From assembly GCA_030390025.1 (NCBI GenBank), contig CM059431.1, forward strand, positions 103,852,001 to 103,916,000: 64,000 nt of DNA. The letters are read 5' to 3'. A program made the translations under genes and the position numbers. The stretch comes from Squalus acanthias (Eukaryota). The notes below the pieces were generated by a model. That model searched no databases. It was given only the letters and a program-made list of their open reading frames with translations, and was not told the DNA's origin. This document shows, piece after piece, positions 1 through 11,401 of the stretch; position 1 is the stretch's first letter, and each line of letters starts with the position of its first letter.

Positions 1-341
1 TCAATTTTAAAATTCTCATCCTTGGTTTCAAATCCCTCCATGGCCTCGCCCCTCCCTATCTCTGTAATCTCCTTCAGCCCTACAACCCCCTGAGATCTCT
101 GCGCTCCTCTAATTCTGCCCTCTTCAGCATCCCTGATTATAATCGCTCCACCATTGGTGGCCGTGCCTTCAGCTGTCTGGACCCTAAGTTCTGGAATTCC
201 CTCCCTAAACCTCTCCGCCTCTTTACCTCTCATTCGTCCTTTAAGATGCTCCTTAAATCCTACCTCTTTGACCAAGCTTTTGGTCATCTGCCCTAATTTC
301 TTTTTATGTGACTCGATGTCAATTTTTTTTGCCTTATAATA
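1..341 (+). mobile_element. L2 LINE 3' fragment; its tail resumes at 1288-1362
   Basis: Encodes FKILILGFKSLHGLAPPYL...GGRAFS...WNSLP. The tail GCTATATAAATACAAG(TTG)n at 1288-1362 matches the uninterrupted copy at 20458-21065. Confidence 0.9.
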
Positions 342-604
342 CTAGGGACAGAGAGACCTGGGAGTTAATGTGCATAGGTCCCTGAAGGTGGCAGGACATA
401 TTGAGAGAGTGGTTAGCAAAGCATATGGGATCTTGGGCTTCATAAATAGAGGTAGAAAAGCAGAGAAGTTATGCTGAATCTTTATAAAGCGCTGGTTAGG
501 CCACAACTTTAGTATTGCGTCCAGTTCTGGTCACCACACTTTAGGAAGGATGTGAAGGCCCTTGAGAGGGAGCTGAGGAGATTTCCCAGAATGGTTCCGG
601 GGAT
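342..604 (+). mobile_element. CR1 LINE internal RT fragment inserted in L2
   Basis: RDLGV...[28 protein letters not shown] motif. Confidence 0.85.
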
Positions 605-1284
605 AGCGCCCCGGAAAAATTAGCGCCCCCGCGACAGAAATTGAGTGGTAGCGCCCCAAAAGGGAAGCGGGGCGCCACTGGAAGCGCCCCGCCTCCCTCT
701 TGGGGTGCTGTGAGAGAACATTGCGGCGCTACGTGCCGCAGCGCCACGGTATTGCAGGCCTTTCTCCCCTTCTTAAAGGGGAGGGGCATTGCGCAGCGCA
801 ACCCGGGGCCCAGCTGGGTCCCAGGGATCAGAGTGCCGGCAAAAGAGCCTGGCACTCAAGGGAAGTGCCGGGCTCACGGAGAGTAGCCTGGCACTCCATG
901 GGGGGCCGGTTAATGAGGCCGGGGACGGGAGCGGGGGCAGGTGCTGGCAGGCGGCCAGCAACAAACATGGCCGCCCGGCACCTCGCCTTTAAATAGCGTC
1001 GCCTCAGCCGCAGGTTGGCCCCCCTGATCCTGTCGGACATAGCATCCGGTGGTAAGTCAGGGGGCGCTACCGAAGATTGCGGCCGGGGCGCGAGCAGGGC
1101 GCTGCGCACGGCGATGACATCATCAGTGGCGGCGCAGCGCCGCAGGGCGCTAACGGTTACCTGCCGCCACTAACCTCCCGCTGAATTTCGCGGGAGGCGT
1201 TAGCGGTGCCACACCCGGGCGCTAGTTGCTTTGCGCCCCATTAGCGCCCTAAGAGGAGGCGCAAAGCAACCAAATTTTTCCCCC
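605..1284. mobile_element. GC-rich MITE-like element, left end unclear
   Basis: Ends AAATTTTTCCCCC like the other GG-ended MITEs here; contains repeated TAGCGCCC/GGGCGCTA motifs. Confidence 0.55.
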
Positions 1285-1863
1285 ATGACTCCTGTGCAGC
1301 GCCTTGGGACGTTTTACTACGTTAAAGGAGCTATATAAATACAAGTTGTTGTTGTTGTTGTTCATGCTGCACACTAAGGCGCAAAGCATTCACATTCTTT
1401 TCCTGTTAGCAAACACAAAGTGCTGTTGATTCACAACATTAATCCTCTGGGAGTACATAATAAAACCAGGAAGCAATGCTTGCATTAGTATCGAACAGAT
1501 ACCGACACACTCCAGTGCATCGTGATGCTGTGGAAAGGTTTTTCTTTGCAAGCAAAAGCAGAAGATGGGGATGGTTTTTTAATTCAGATGGATGGCCAGA
1601 CGATATTTACTGCAGGGCATTGGGAAAGGGCAGCTTCCCACCTCTGCATACTTCTGCACACCTTTGCCCCTGGTTGATCTTTAGCAAGGCCTTTAACAAG
1701 CAATTTGACTTTACAAAGGGAGCAAGGCTCAGTGCTAATGGATGAAAGCCGTGCTGCTTGCTTAATTAAAATTAATACTCTGAGGAAAATAACAGGCCTG
1801 ATCTCACTGGAGTGGGGCATCTCGCAGTGTGTCCTGTAAGTTAAACTTTTTACTGCACCCTTC

Positions 1864-2316
1864 AGAAAGACTTGCATTTCTATCGCACCTTTCAGGATGT
1901 CCCAAAGCGCTTTACAGCCAATGAAGTAATTTTGAAGTGTAGGCACTGTTGTAATGTAGGAAATGCTGCAGCCAATTGCACGCAGCAAGCTCCCACAAAC
2001 AGCAACGTGATAATGACCAGATCATCTGTTATTTTATATGTTGATTGAGGGAAAAATATTGCCCAGGACACTGGGGATAACTCCCCTGCACTTTTTTTCA
2101 ATACAGTGCCGTGGGACCATTTACGTCCACCCGACAGGGCAGACGGGGCCTCCGGTTTAACGTCTCATCCGAAAGACGCCACCTCCGACAGTGCAGCACT
2201 CCCTCAGCACTGCACTGGAGTGTCAGCCTAGATTTTTGTGCTTTGGAGTGGGACTTGAACCCACGACCTTCTAGACTGAGAGGTAGGAGTGCTGCCCACT
2301 GAGCCCACTGGCTGAC
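1864..2316 (-). mobile_element. DeuSINE (SacSINE1/AmnSINE-like) tRNA-derived SINE
   Basis: tRNA-like head (GGTTCAAGTCCC), Deu-type body GATGAGACGTTAAACCG and L2-like tail; more than 12 copies in the window. Confidence 0.85.
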
Positions 2317-2323
2317 GCTGTAC

Positions 2324-2932
2324 CTTGCTGGAAGTGCGAGCTGATAACGATGCGCCAATGGTAACAGGGCTTCTGGGACCTCGGAGAATGACGGGACCAA
2401 CAGTCTATCTCCTTAACCCATGCGGTTTAAGGATTTAGAAAGAGAGGGAAAGATTAAATTAAGAGAGAGAGAAAAAACAGAAATACAGAAAGGAAGAGTA
2501 AGAAAAATACTAATAAATTCAAAATTTGACATTTTTAAAATCTTTAACAAATATTTATTACGTGCAGGAATGAGACTCAACAGTTTAAATTGTTCCCTTT
2601 CTGGGCCAGAGAGGTTGATTGGCATCGCATTAACAATTATTACATCGTTAAAAAGGTACTTAACCTGTTAATTACCAGCCCTAATTTTCTGTGGTGCGTT
2701 TAATGGGCAATTAAAGTGCAAGCCCAGCAAGTTCTTCAAAATAACGGGGAGGCTGAGGGTGAGATGCTGTTTGCGCGAAACAAACTTTGGAGCCGCGTAA
2801 ATCGACCAGCAAGTTCCGGAAATTTGCAACTCTTGGCGTATCTCCCCATCCCCTGAACTTGCGGGCCATATTTGAGCATCACTAACGGCGCGCGTCGTGA
2901 ACACACCGAGAATTTTCCAGCAAGTTGAGGCC
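2324..2932 (-). mobile_element. MITE family A, partial copy
   Basis: Reverse-complement similarity along its length to 19063-19828; keeps one TIR (TTTTCCAGCAAGTTGAGGCC). Confidence 0.8.
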
Positions 2933-3347
2933 AGTTGTCCCATGAGGCTTGACACATCAGGGGCGGTTTCCTCTCATTACTGCCCCATTTTCACCCAACA
3001 ATGGGGCAGTAACCGAGGCAAACGCAAGCAGCGGCGGACCGGCCCGAGCAGAAACAGGCGGGTGCCTCATGAAAACATGCACAAAGGGATCAAGTGGCGC
3101 AGTTTTGACCCCGGTACCATTTTCGTCCCTGCCTGCCTGTCTGACGACCTGCCCGTTCCTGCACCCACCCACCAATCACGGGCGGTACACGTCGCTACTG
3201 AAGGTTCTGCACTCATCTTCCTTACTGTGCCAAAGTGTTGTTTCTTTCTGTTCCTGGAGCTAAATACACGTCCCATTTAAGCTGTTGAAAATTACAAAAA
3301 TGAGATTGATAGTTGTTTGTTCGGTAAGGGTATTAAAGGATATGGAA

Positions 3348-3765
3348 CCATCTACCACCTTAAACATTCACTCCCTCCACCACCGGCGCACCGTGGCTGC
3401 AGTGTGTACCATCTACAAGATGCACTGCAGCAACTCGCCAAGGCTTCTTTGGCAGCACCTCCCAAACCCACGACCTCTACCAGCTAGAAGGACAAGGGCA
3501 GCAGGCGCATGGGAACACCACCACCTCCAGGATCCCCTCCGAGTCACACACCATCCTGACTTAGAAGTATATCGCCGATCCTTCATCGTCGCTGGGTCAA
3601 AATCCCAGAACTCCCTCCCTAACAGCACTGTGGGAGCACCTTCTCCACACGAACTGCAGCGGTTCAAGAAGGCAGCTCACCACCACCTTCTCAAGGGCAA
3701 CTAGGGATGGGCAATAAATGCCGGCCTTGCCAGCGATGCCCACATCCCATAAACAAATTTTTAAA
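3348..3765 (+). mobile_element. LINE-B 3' end inserted in a CR1 3' end (3283-3347 and 3768-3867)
   Basis: HHRRTVAAVCTIYKMHCSNSPRLL ORF end; 3' UTR GGGCAAyTAGGGATGGGCAATAAATG. Confidence 0.85.
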
Positions 3766-4398
3766 AACCACGGGTAAATGGAGTTGGGATGCAGCTCAGC
3801 CATGATCTCATTGAATGGTGGAACAGGCTCGAGGGGCTGAATGGCCCACTCCTGTTCCTATGTTCCTATTGAGCTGTGACACACACAACGTTAAAGCCCA
3901 CGTCTACATGACCCAAGTAAGGTGCTGCCTCTTTAAACATAGACTTTCCCAGTGCAGAACGCGCCAGACTCTGATCGCTCAGCACAGGTGACTGGGCATT
4001 TAGGACTGCGCTAATTTCAACGCTTTTCATATTCCCTCCTGTTTTGGGTGGCAACGCTGAAGGAAAAGTTAAAATATTGGCCAAAAGTTGGGCATGCGGT
4101 GGACGACGGGGCAGGGATCTGCCAAGAACGATCTCCGTTCCATTACCCGGTCTCTGCTCATCCATTCCGTGCAGGCACTGCTGGCCATTGTGAATGGAAA
4201 ATCTACCTCGAGTCTGTCAAAGCTTTGATAGCCTTTCAAAAATGTTAAGTGTTAGTGGCACTGGTAGTAGTGCTGCACTTCACTCATATCAAGTACTGGC
4301 TGTGAGAGTTTATTTAATTGGAGTCATTACATAGGTTTGATTCTGGGGCACTTTAACCAGAAGATAACCCTATAAAGTGTAACACTGCAGAGAAGATG

Positions 4399-5590
4399 TC
4401 AGTCTTGGCTCAGTGGGTAGCACTTTCACCTCTGAGTCAGAATATTATGGGTTCAAGCCCCCACTCCAGAGACTTTGAGCATATAATGTAAAGTTGACAC
4501 TTCAGTACAGTGCTGAGGAAGTAGCTGCACTATAGGAGGTGCCGTCTTTCGGATGAGATGTTAAACCGAGGCCCCACCACCTGTCCTTTCAGGTAAATGT
4601 AAAAGAGCAGGAAGGTCTCATATTTATCCTCCAACAAATAACTAAAACAGAATAGGGGCCTGAATTTGCGATCGTAGGCTTCCCGCGGGCGGACGCCTCC
4701 AATCGTCAAATTTTCTACGCATTTACCTGATGGTTCGGGAGATACGGAGGCTTTGCGATCCTGGGCCTCTCCTGGTAGAAATGTGTAGAGGCCCACGTGT
4801 CCCAGGGGCGCAGGCAGGTTCGCGAGCACCCCATGGATCACGGGGGCCGGCTCAAACAATAAAAGAAGGGAATCCCCATTCACACTTATGGGAAATCCGT
4901 ACATACAGAATCCCCATAAGTATGAATGGGGATCACTTAAAAAATACACCAACACAGGAAATAAATTTTTAAAAAAATTACATATATAAAATTAATTAAA
5001 ATGGCATTTAATTAAATATTTTAAACAAAAATGTAATTTTTTGAAAAATGTTTTGATATGTTTTAATGGGGCTAAAAATAAACTTACCTTATTGGACAGG
5101 GTTTTTAATGTATAAGTGAGTGATTTATTTTTCTATTTTTTAAAACTCTTATGCTGGTAAAAGCTTTTATCAGGTGTAAGAATTCCACGGCCTTTCAGCG
5201 GGCCGAAGTTGGGCAAATAGCTCAACTCTCCGCCCGCGGAGGCCCGTCTCCCGGGGATGCGGAGGATCTGTCAAGAAGATGCTTGACAGATCGCAAGTGC
5301 CGGGTTTCAGCGCGTGCGCTTCGCGCGCCTAAACCCGGCACTTGCGTGGCCCCTACAGGCGGGTACGCACCTCGTACGCACCCGGAGGGGTTGCAAAATA
5401 CGGCCCATTATCTGGTCGTTTATCACATTGCTGTTTGTGGGAGCTTGCTGTGTGCAGATTGGCTGTCGCGTTTTCTACATTACAACAGTGGCTACACTTC
5501 AAAAGTACTTCATTGGCTGTAAAGCACTTTGGGACGTCCTGAGGTCGTGAAAGGTGCTATATAAAATGCAAGTTCGCTCTCTTCTTTCTT
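4399..5590 (+). mobile_element. DeuSINE split by MITE 4656-5406
   Basis: Head and body at 4399-4654; body and tail resume at 5407 (...ACTAAAACAGA / ATTATCTGGTC...). Confidence 0.85.
4656..5406. mobile_element. MITE family B (Harbinger-like)
   Basis: Imperfect TIRs GGGCCTGAATTTGC / GCAAAATACGGCCC; GC-rich arms with AT-rich core; clean insertion in a SINE; terminus shared with 25768-25847. Confidence 0.8.
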
Positions 5591-6134
5591 AAACCCCTAA
5601 ATCTCAATAACCCTGTGCTCCAGGATAATCTTCCTAAATAACTAAGTCACTAGCAGAATCAACACTTAACAACATAAAAAGATTGTTGGAATGAAAGCTT
5701 TGCAAGAACTTATTGCAAAATCCTAGAGGTCCAATAAAGCCACATAAGACATGTTTAAATCTATCAGGGCTTGCAACATATACTGCAAGATCCCTCTGCA
5801 TTTCTTTCAAAGCTCATTAGAATTCTTTGGAATCTCACATGATGCATTGATGGAAATGGCAGCTGTTTTGACACTCTTTAACTTTAGCATCTTTATGTAG
5901 TTTGTTGTTGCCAGCAATGTTTTTGCTGACAACTTTGGCTTAGATAAATGAATGTGACATAGATATGGATGTTGTGAATTCATCTACATGCTTTTGTCAT
6001 TTCTTCCAATTAGAAAGTAAGTTAGCTTTTCAATATCCATGTTCATTTCTGTCACTCACGGATGAGAAGAATTTGCCACTGTTCCCTCTGTTAAGCTTAA
6101 TTTGTATGCACATATTTTAAATAGCATCTTTACA

Positions 6135-7824
6135 TCTGATGTGATCTTTGAAGACGCTGCTTCTCATTTATATCTTCACACGGATGTGAAACATTACGTA
6201 AAACTGACAAACATGCTTCAAACAGGCAATGACTATCTCCAACAAGCGAGAGTCTAACCACCTCCCCTTGACATCATTACCATCGCCAAATCCCCCACCA
6301 TCAACATCCTGGGGGATACCATTGAACAGAAATTTAACTGGACCAGCCACATAAATACTGTAGCAACAAGAGCAGGTCAGAGGCTAGGTATTCTGCGGGG
6401 AGTGTCTCACCTCCTGACTCCCCAAAGCCTTTCCACCATCTACAAGGCACAAGTAAGGAGTGTGATGGAATACTCTCCACTTGCCTGGATGAGTGCAGCT
6501 CCAACAACACTTAAGAAGCTCGACACCATCCAGGACAAAGCAGCCCGCTTGATTGGCACCCCATCCACCACCTTAAACATTCATTCCCTCCACCACCGGC
6601 GTACCGTGGCTGCAGTGTCTACCAATGACAAGATGCACTGCAGCAACTCGCCAAGGCTTCTTTGGCAGCACCTCCCAAACCTGCGACCTCTTCCACCTAG
6701 AAGGACAAGGGCAGCAGGCGCATGGGAACACCACCACCTCCAAGTTCCCCTCCAAGTCACACACCATCCTGACTTAGAAGTATATCGGCCGTTCCTTCAC
6801 CGTCGCTGGGTCAAAATCCTGGAACTCCCTCCCTAACAGCACTGTGGGTGCACCTTCACCACACGGACTGCAGCAGTTCAAGAAGGCGGCTCACCACCAC
6901 CTTCTCAAGGGCAATTAGGGATGGGCAATAAATGCTGGCCTTGCCAGCGACGCCCACATCCCATAAATGAATTTTAAAAAAAATTCACACCAGCCAGAAG
7001 GAGATGGTTTTGTTAGTTGTAATGCTGGCAGCAGACATCTCGGGAGACAATTGGACCACCTTGCACCCGAATTATGTGCGCAAAGCGGGCGCAGCGAGGC
7101 CCAATTACGGGGACTGACGTCCTGCCGCCCAAGGACGTCTGAGAAACCTCTGACCCCAAGTTGGGTTGGGCCATTTTTTCTCAGAGGTTCCTGGTGGCCA
7201 TCTAAAACAGGGATTAGGTCCCTGAAATATCTAAATGAGGGGCCCACTGACTGTTTTAGAAACCCTCGTAGAAATTGGATTGTGAGAGCGGGGCAGGCAA
7301 AACTTTGCCAGGAGTGTGGTGGAAACCCCATTTCGGAAACCCCGAGGATTCTTAAGTGTCTGCCGCGGCCTAAACAGAGTCGGCCAACTAATGGTAACGG
7401 TTTCTGTTAAACATTCTTGCGGAGTCAGGAGTTTACCCCGATGATTAGTCGTCACGATTGCCCTCCCACCCTCGGTTGCCCGCTCCAACCCCCTTCACGG
7501 GACTTGCCCCTGGGTCTTTGCCAGTGAGGAAAAAATGGCCCAACCCAACTTAGGCTCAGAGGTTTTTCAGACGTCCTTGGGCGGCAGGACGTCGGTCCCC
7601 GAGATTGGGACTCGCTGCGACCGCTTTGCGCCCATAATTCGGGCGCAAGGCGGTCCAATTGTCTCCCGAGATGTCTGCTGACACCATTACCACTAACAAA
7701 ACCATCTCCTTTTTGTAAAAGATTCTGGCTGGCGTTAATTGAAGCATGTTTGTCAGTTTTACGTAACGTGTCACATCCGTGTGAAGATATAGATGACAGC
7801 AACGTCTTCAAAGATCACATCAGA
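6135..7824. repeat. Foldback with ~290-bp inverted arms, left arm interrupted by LINE-B
   Basis: 6135-6220 plus 6984-7182 is the reverse complement of 7524-7824. Confidence 0.85.
6222..6983 (+). mobile_element. LINE-B 3' 760 bp
   Basis: ORF 6402-6836 SLSTIYKAQVRSVMEYSPLAW...IQDKAARLIG (post-RT region); A-rich tail. Confidence 0.9.
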
Positions 7825-7913
7825 GTGTTCCTCCACTGTCTGAAAATGGGCCCAGATGAATTTCTCCCCCAAAGAATCAAAAATACTTCAACACATGGAG
7901 ATGTGCAAACAGA

Positions 7914-8737
7914 GGGCTGGATTTTATCAATGGGGGCGCATTGGGGGCGGGACTGCTGGTTGTCGGGTTTCAGTCCCGCCCCCAAGGACGTCCGGCCAAC
8001 CCACACTATTTTCCCTTGATTGACCTTGTTAAGCCCACCCTGCGGGCTTAGCCGGCCAATTAAGGGAAAGCCGGTGACAGAGGACGTCAGCGTATGACGT
8101 TTCATCTGTCAAACATTTTTGACAGATGAATTGTCAGCATTTGACAGCTTAGAGAAGCTGTCAAACACTGACAATCTCTGTTCTTTGGTGAGTCCTTGTA
8201 CTGAAGACTCACCAAACCTCTTTCTTTAGCAGAAATCAGATGGCTGTTGCATCAGAGAATGTAGCAGCCATTCTGTCATCACTGCCGTTGAGATGAGGCA
8301 CCTCCGGATCCCCAAGGGTTGAAGCCTGCAGGAAGAAGCAAAGGTAAGTAAACTTTTTCTAACACTTTACACTCACCTCCCATACTCACCTCTCCACACT
8401 TGCACCCATCACTCACCTCCACAGCGGACTTTTCGACCCCTCTCACCCCCAGCAGACCCACTGCTCGCCTCGCTGACCCTGGCGAGGTTCGCAGCCGTCG
8501 GGAAGCCCGCACTTGTGTGGGTAAAGTGGGGATAATCCTCTTAACTGCCCGTTAACTACCTGTTAACAGGCAGTTAATTGGTTGTAATCCCCTTCCTGCC
8601 TCGAGGAGACGGGACCCAGCGCGGATCAGGGACCCGCGTCCCGGGAAGATGGCACGGTACCCGCTCCCACTTTCTGCCATTTTCCCAGCAGTCCCGCCTC
8701 CATACCCTGCCTCCCCATGGCTGGCAAAATTCCCCCC
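7914..8737. mobile_element. MITE, Harbinger-like
   Basis: TIRs GGGCTGGATTTT / AAAATTCCCCCC; AGA direct repeat on both flanks. Confidence 0.65.
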
Positions 8738-8749
8738 AGAGAGTCAGAC

Positions 8750-9800
8750 AATCATAGAGCACAGAAGGAGGCCATTTGACCCATTGTGCCTGTGTGAAAG
8801 AGCTATCCAATTATTCAATTTGTTTCCCCTAGCCTTGCAAATTTTTCCTTTTCAAGTGTATATCCAATTCCATATTGAATCTGCTTCCACCACCCTTTCA
8901 GGAAGTGCATTCCAGATCATAACAACTCGCTGCATAAAAAGAATTCTCCTCATCCCCGCTCTCTGGTTCTTTTGCCAATTACCTTAAATCTGTGTCCTCT
9001 GGTTACCGACCCTCCTGCCACTGGAAACAGTTTATTCTTCATACACTATCAAACCGTTTCATAATTTTAAACATGTCTAATAAATCTCTCCTTAACCTTC
9101 TCTGCTCTAAGGAGAACAACCCCAGCTTCTCCAGTCTCCACATAACTGAAGTCCCTCATCCCCGGTACCTTTCTAGTAAATCTCCTCTGCACCCTCTCCA
9201 AGGCCTTGACATCCTTCCTAAAGTGCGGTGCCCAGAATTGGTCACGATTTAAAAAAACAATTTTTTTTATTCGTTTATGGGATGTGGGCGTTGCTGGCAA
9301 GGCCAGCATTTATTGCCCATCCCTAATTGCCCTTGAGAAGGTGGTGGTGAGCCGCCTTCTTGAACCGCTGCAGTCCGTGTGGTGAAGGTGCTCCCACAGT
9401 GCTGTTAGGGAGGGAGTTTGAGGATTTTGACCCAGCGACGATGAAGGATCGGCGATATATTTCTAAGTCAGGATGGTGTGTGACTTGGAGGTGGTGGTGT
9501 TCCCATGCGCCTGATGCCCTTGTCCTTCTAGGTGGAAGAGGTCGTGGGTTTGGGAGGTGCTGTCGAAGAAGCCTTGGCGAGTTGCTGCAGTGCATCTTGT
9601 AGATGGTACACACTGCAGCCACGGTACGCCGGTGGTGGAGGGACTGAATGTTTAAGGTGGTGGATGGGGTGCCAATCAAGCGGGCTGCTTTGTCCTGGAC
9701 AGTACTCCAGCTGAGGCCTGACCAGTGATTTATAAAGGTTTAGCAGAACTTCCTTGCTTTTGTAATCTATTCCCCCTCAACTTGTCCTGCCACCTTCAAA
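8750..9800 (-). mobile_element. CR1 3' part containing a LINE-B insertion (about 9255-9700, minus)
   Basis: [31 protein letters not shown] 9323-9679. Confidence 0.85.
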
Positions 9801-10273
9801 GACTTGTGTAGGCTGTTTGATGTGGCAGCTGTTTGATCTTTATTTTAATATTTTGATTGTGCTGCATTGTTGTACCGCTAGGTTAGAACAGAACGTCATT
9901 AATAAACAATATTACATTTTATTAATGTCATTTTTGGGCTTTTGGGTTTTATCTCATGTACTTCAGCGCTGATGGCGGGTAGAGGACTCCTATGTACTTT
10001 GCAGCTTCTGAGAATATGGTGTGTAATCACGGCTGAAGTTTAGACATTGATGAAGTACATTACCACATTCGCTACATTACACAATCAAGTTTGAACTCTC
10101 AGTACATCAATTTTCCATTATATATGCATATATTTTAATAAATACTCTTGTAGCATATTAGCACCACCAAAATTCAAACTTGCTGTGATGCCAAACATTT
10201 TTTTTTGCCAATGTCACTGTCCATAAAGAACTGGCTCAAAAAAATAAATGCAAGAGTGTCTATATTCTCCTGA

Positions 10274-10571
10274 TGTGGAGATGCCGGTGTTGGACTGGGA
10301 TGGACAAATGTGAGAAGTCGCACAACACCAGGTTATAGTCCAACAGCTTTATTTGAAATCACAAGCTTTCGGAGCGCTGCTCCTTCGTCAGGTGAAGTGA
10401 AGAGATGCATATAGGCACAGCATATATAGTCAGAGAACAGAGTGTTCTCTGACTATATATGCTGTGCCTTTATGCATCTCTTCACTTCACCTGACGAAGG
10501 AGCAGCGCTCCGAAAGCTTGTGATTTCAAATAAAGCTGTTGGACTATAACCTGGTGTTGTGCGACTTCTCA
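10274..10571. mobile_element. Penelope-like-derived palindromic element with 12-bp TSD
   Basis: Arms 10311-10439 and 10443-10571 with one mismatch; ATATTCTCCTGA at 10262-10273 and 10571-10582. Confidence 0.85.
10487..10523 (+). ncRNA. Minimal type I hammerhead ribozyme motif, mirrored on the minus strand at 10359-10395
   Basis: TCAC-CTGACGA-A-GGAGC agc GCTCC-GAAA-GC-TT-GTGA: stem I, core boxes, stem II and palindromic AGCT stem III, as in PLE-associated hammerheads. Confidence 0.7.
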
Positions 10572-10788
10572 TATTCTCCTGAGCTTTCAATAATCTCCAA
10601 GTGAAGTAGGATATTTAACGCCTTGAAGAGTTGACATTATTCTGACATCAGCCTGGCCGGAAGTTCAAGTCTTAACTCCTGGATCAGGGGGTTGAATGTT
10701 CTGAAAATCGCACCGTTGCTGGCAGACAGAGGCGGGAAATGTCATAAGGAAAGATGGAGGTGGAAAAGGAAAGAAAAACAATTTAATT

Positions 10789-11056
10789 GGCCCCGATTTT
10801 AACTCCAGGTGGATTCCCCCGCTCGGGCCTGAGTTAAAATCACAGTCGGGTCTCCATGATGTCATCAGGCCGCAACATGCAGATGTAAAGAAGGACCCTG
10901 TTGGCTATGGGCGCCTGTCCTTGCCGCCTGCTCAGGAGAGCACGTTAAAGTTGCAGATGTTGTGACCATCACGGCGGCTTTCGGACAGGGGAGAGCCGGG
11001 GGGCGATTTTAACTGCCCACCCGCCAGGTTTCTGCTGAGCGAGAAGGGTTAAAATC
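10789..11056. mobile_element. Short MITE-like remnant
   Basis: GGCCCCGATTTTAAC ... GTTAAAATC inverted ends. Confidence 0.45.
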
Positions 11057-11286
11057 ATTGGAAAAAAAAGTAAAAGGGGCTGAGTTTTCCGCTAGTTTGC
11101 GCTGGATTTATCACCGCAATCCAGGTGAAACCGACCCAACCAGAGCAAAAGATCGGGGAATTCTAAATGGTAAGTTTCGTCCGGTGTAAATTGAGTTTCC
11201 GCGATCTTTAACGCTAGTTTAGCAATCGTTTCATCTGAAGCCGACCCCGCCCACAACACTGGCCATGCCCCCAGATCAATTTTCTT

Positions 11287-11400
11287 AATACAAAAGCAAT
11301 TCTGACGAAGGGTCATCGACCTGAAGCGTTAACTCTGTTTCTCTCTCCACAGATGCTGCCTGACCTGCTGAGCATTTCCAGCATTTTCTGTTTTTATTTC
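11287..11400 (+). mobile_element. PLE pseudo-LTR fragment with degenerate hammerhead
   Basis: CTGACGAAGGGTCATCGACCTGAAGCGTTAAC...CAGATGCTGCCTGACCTGCTGAG; same family as 53073-53325. Confidence 0.75.
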
Positions 11401-11401
11401 A

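Noticed and set aside
605..1284. CpG-island promoter
   Set aside because: CpG richness here and at 14.7-15.5k coincides with MITE-like repeats.
6967..7811. Two similar ORFs on opposite strands suggesting paralogous genes
   Set aside because: The similarity is simply the two arms of the foldback.
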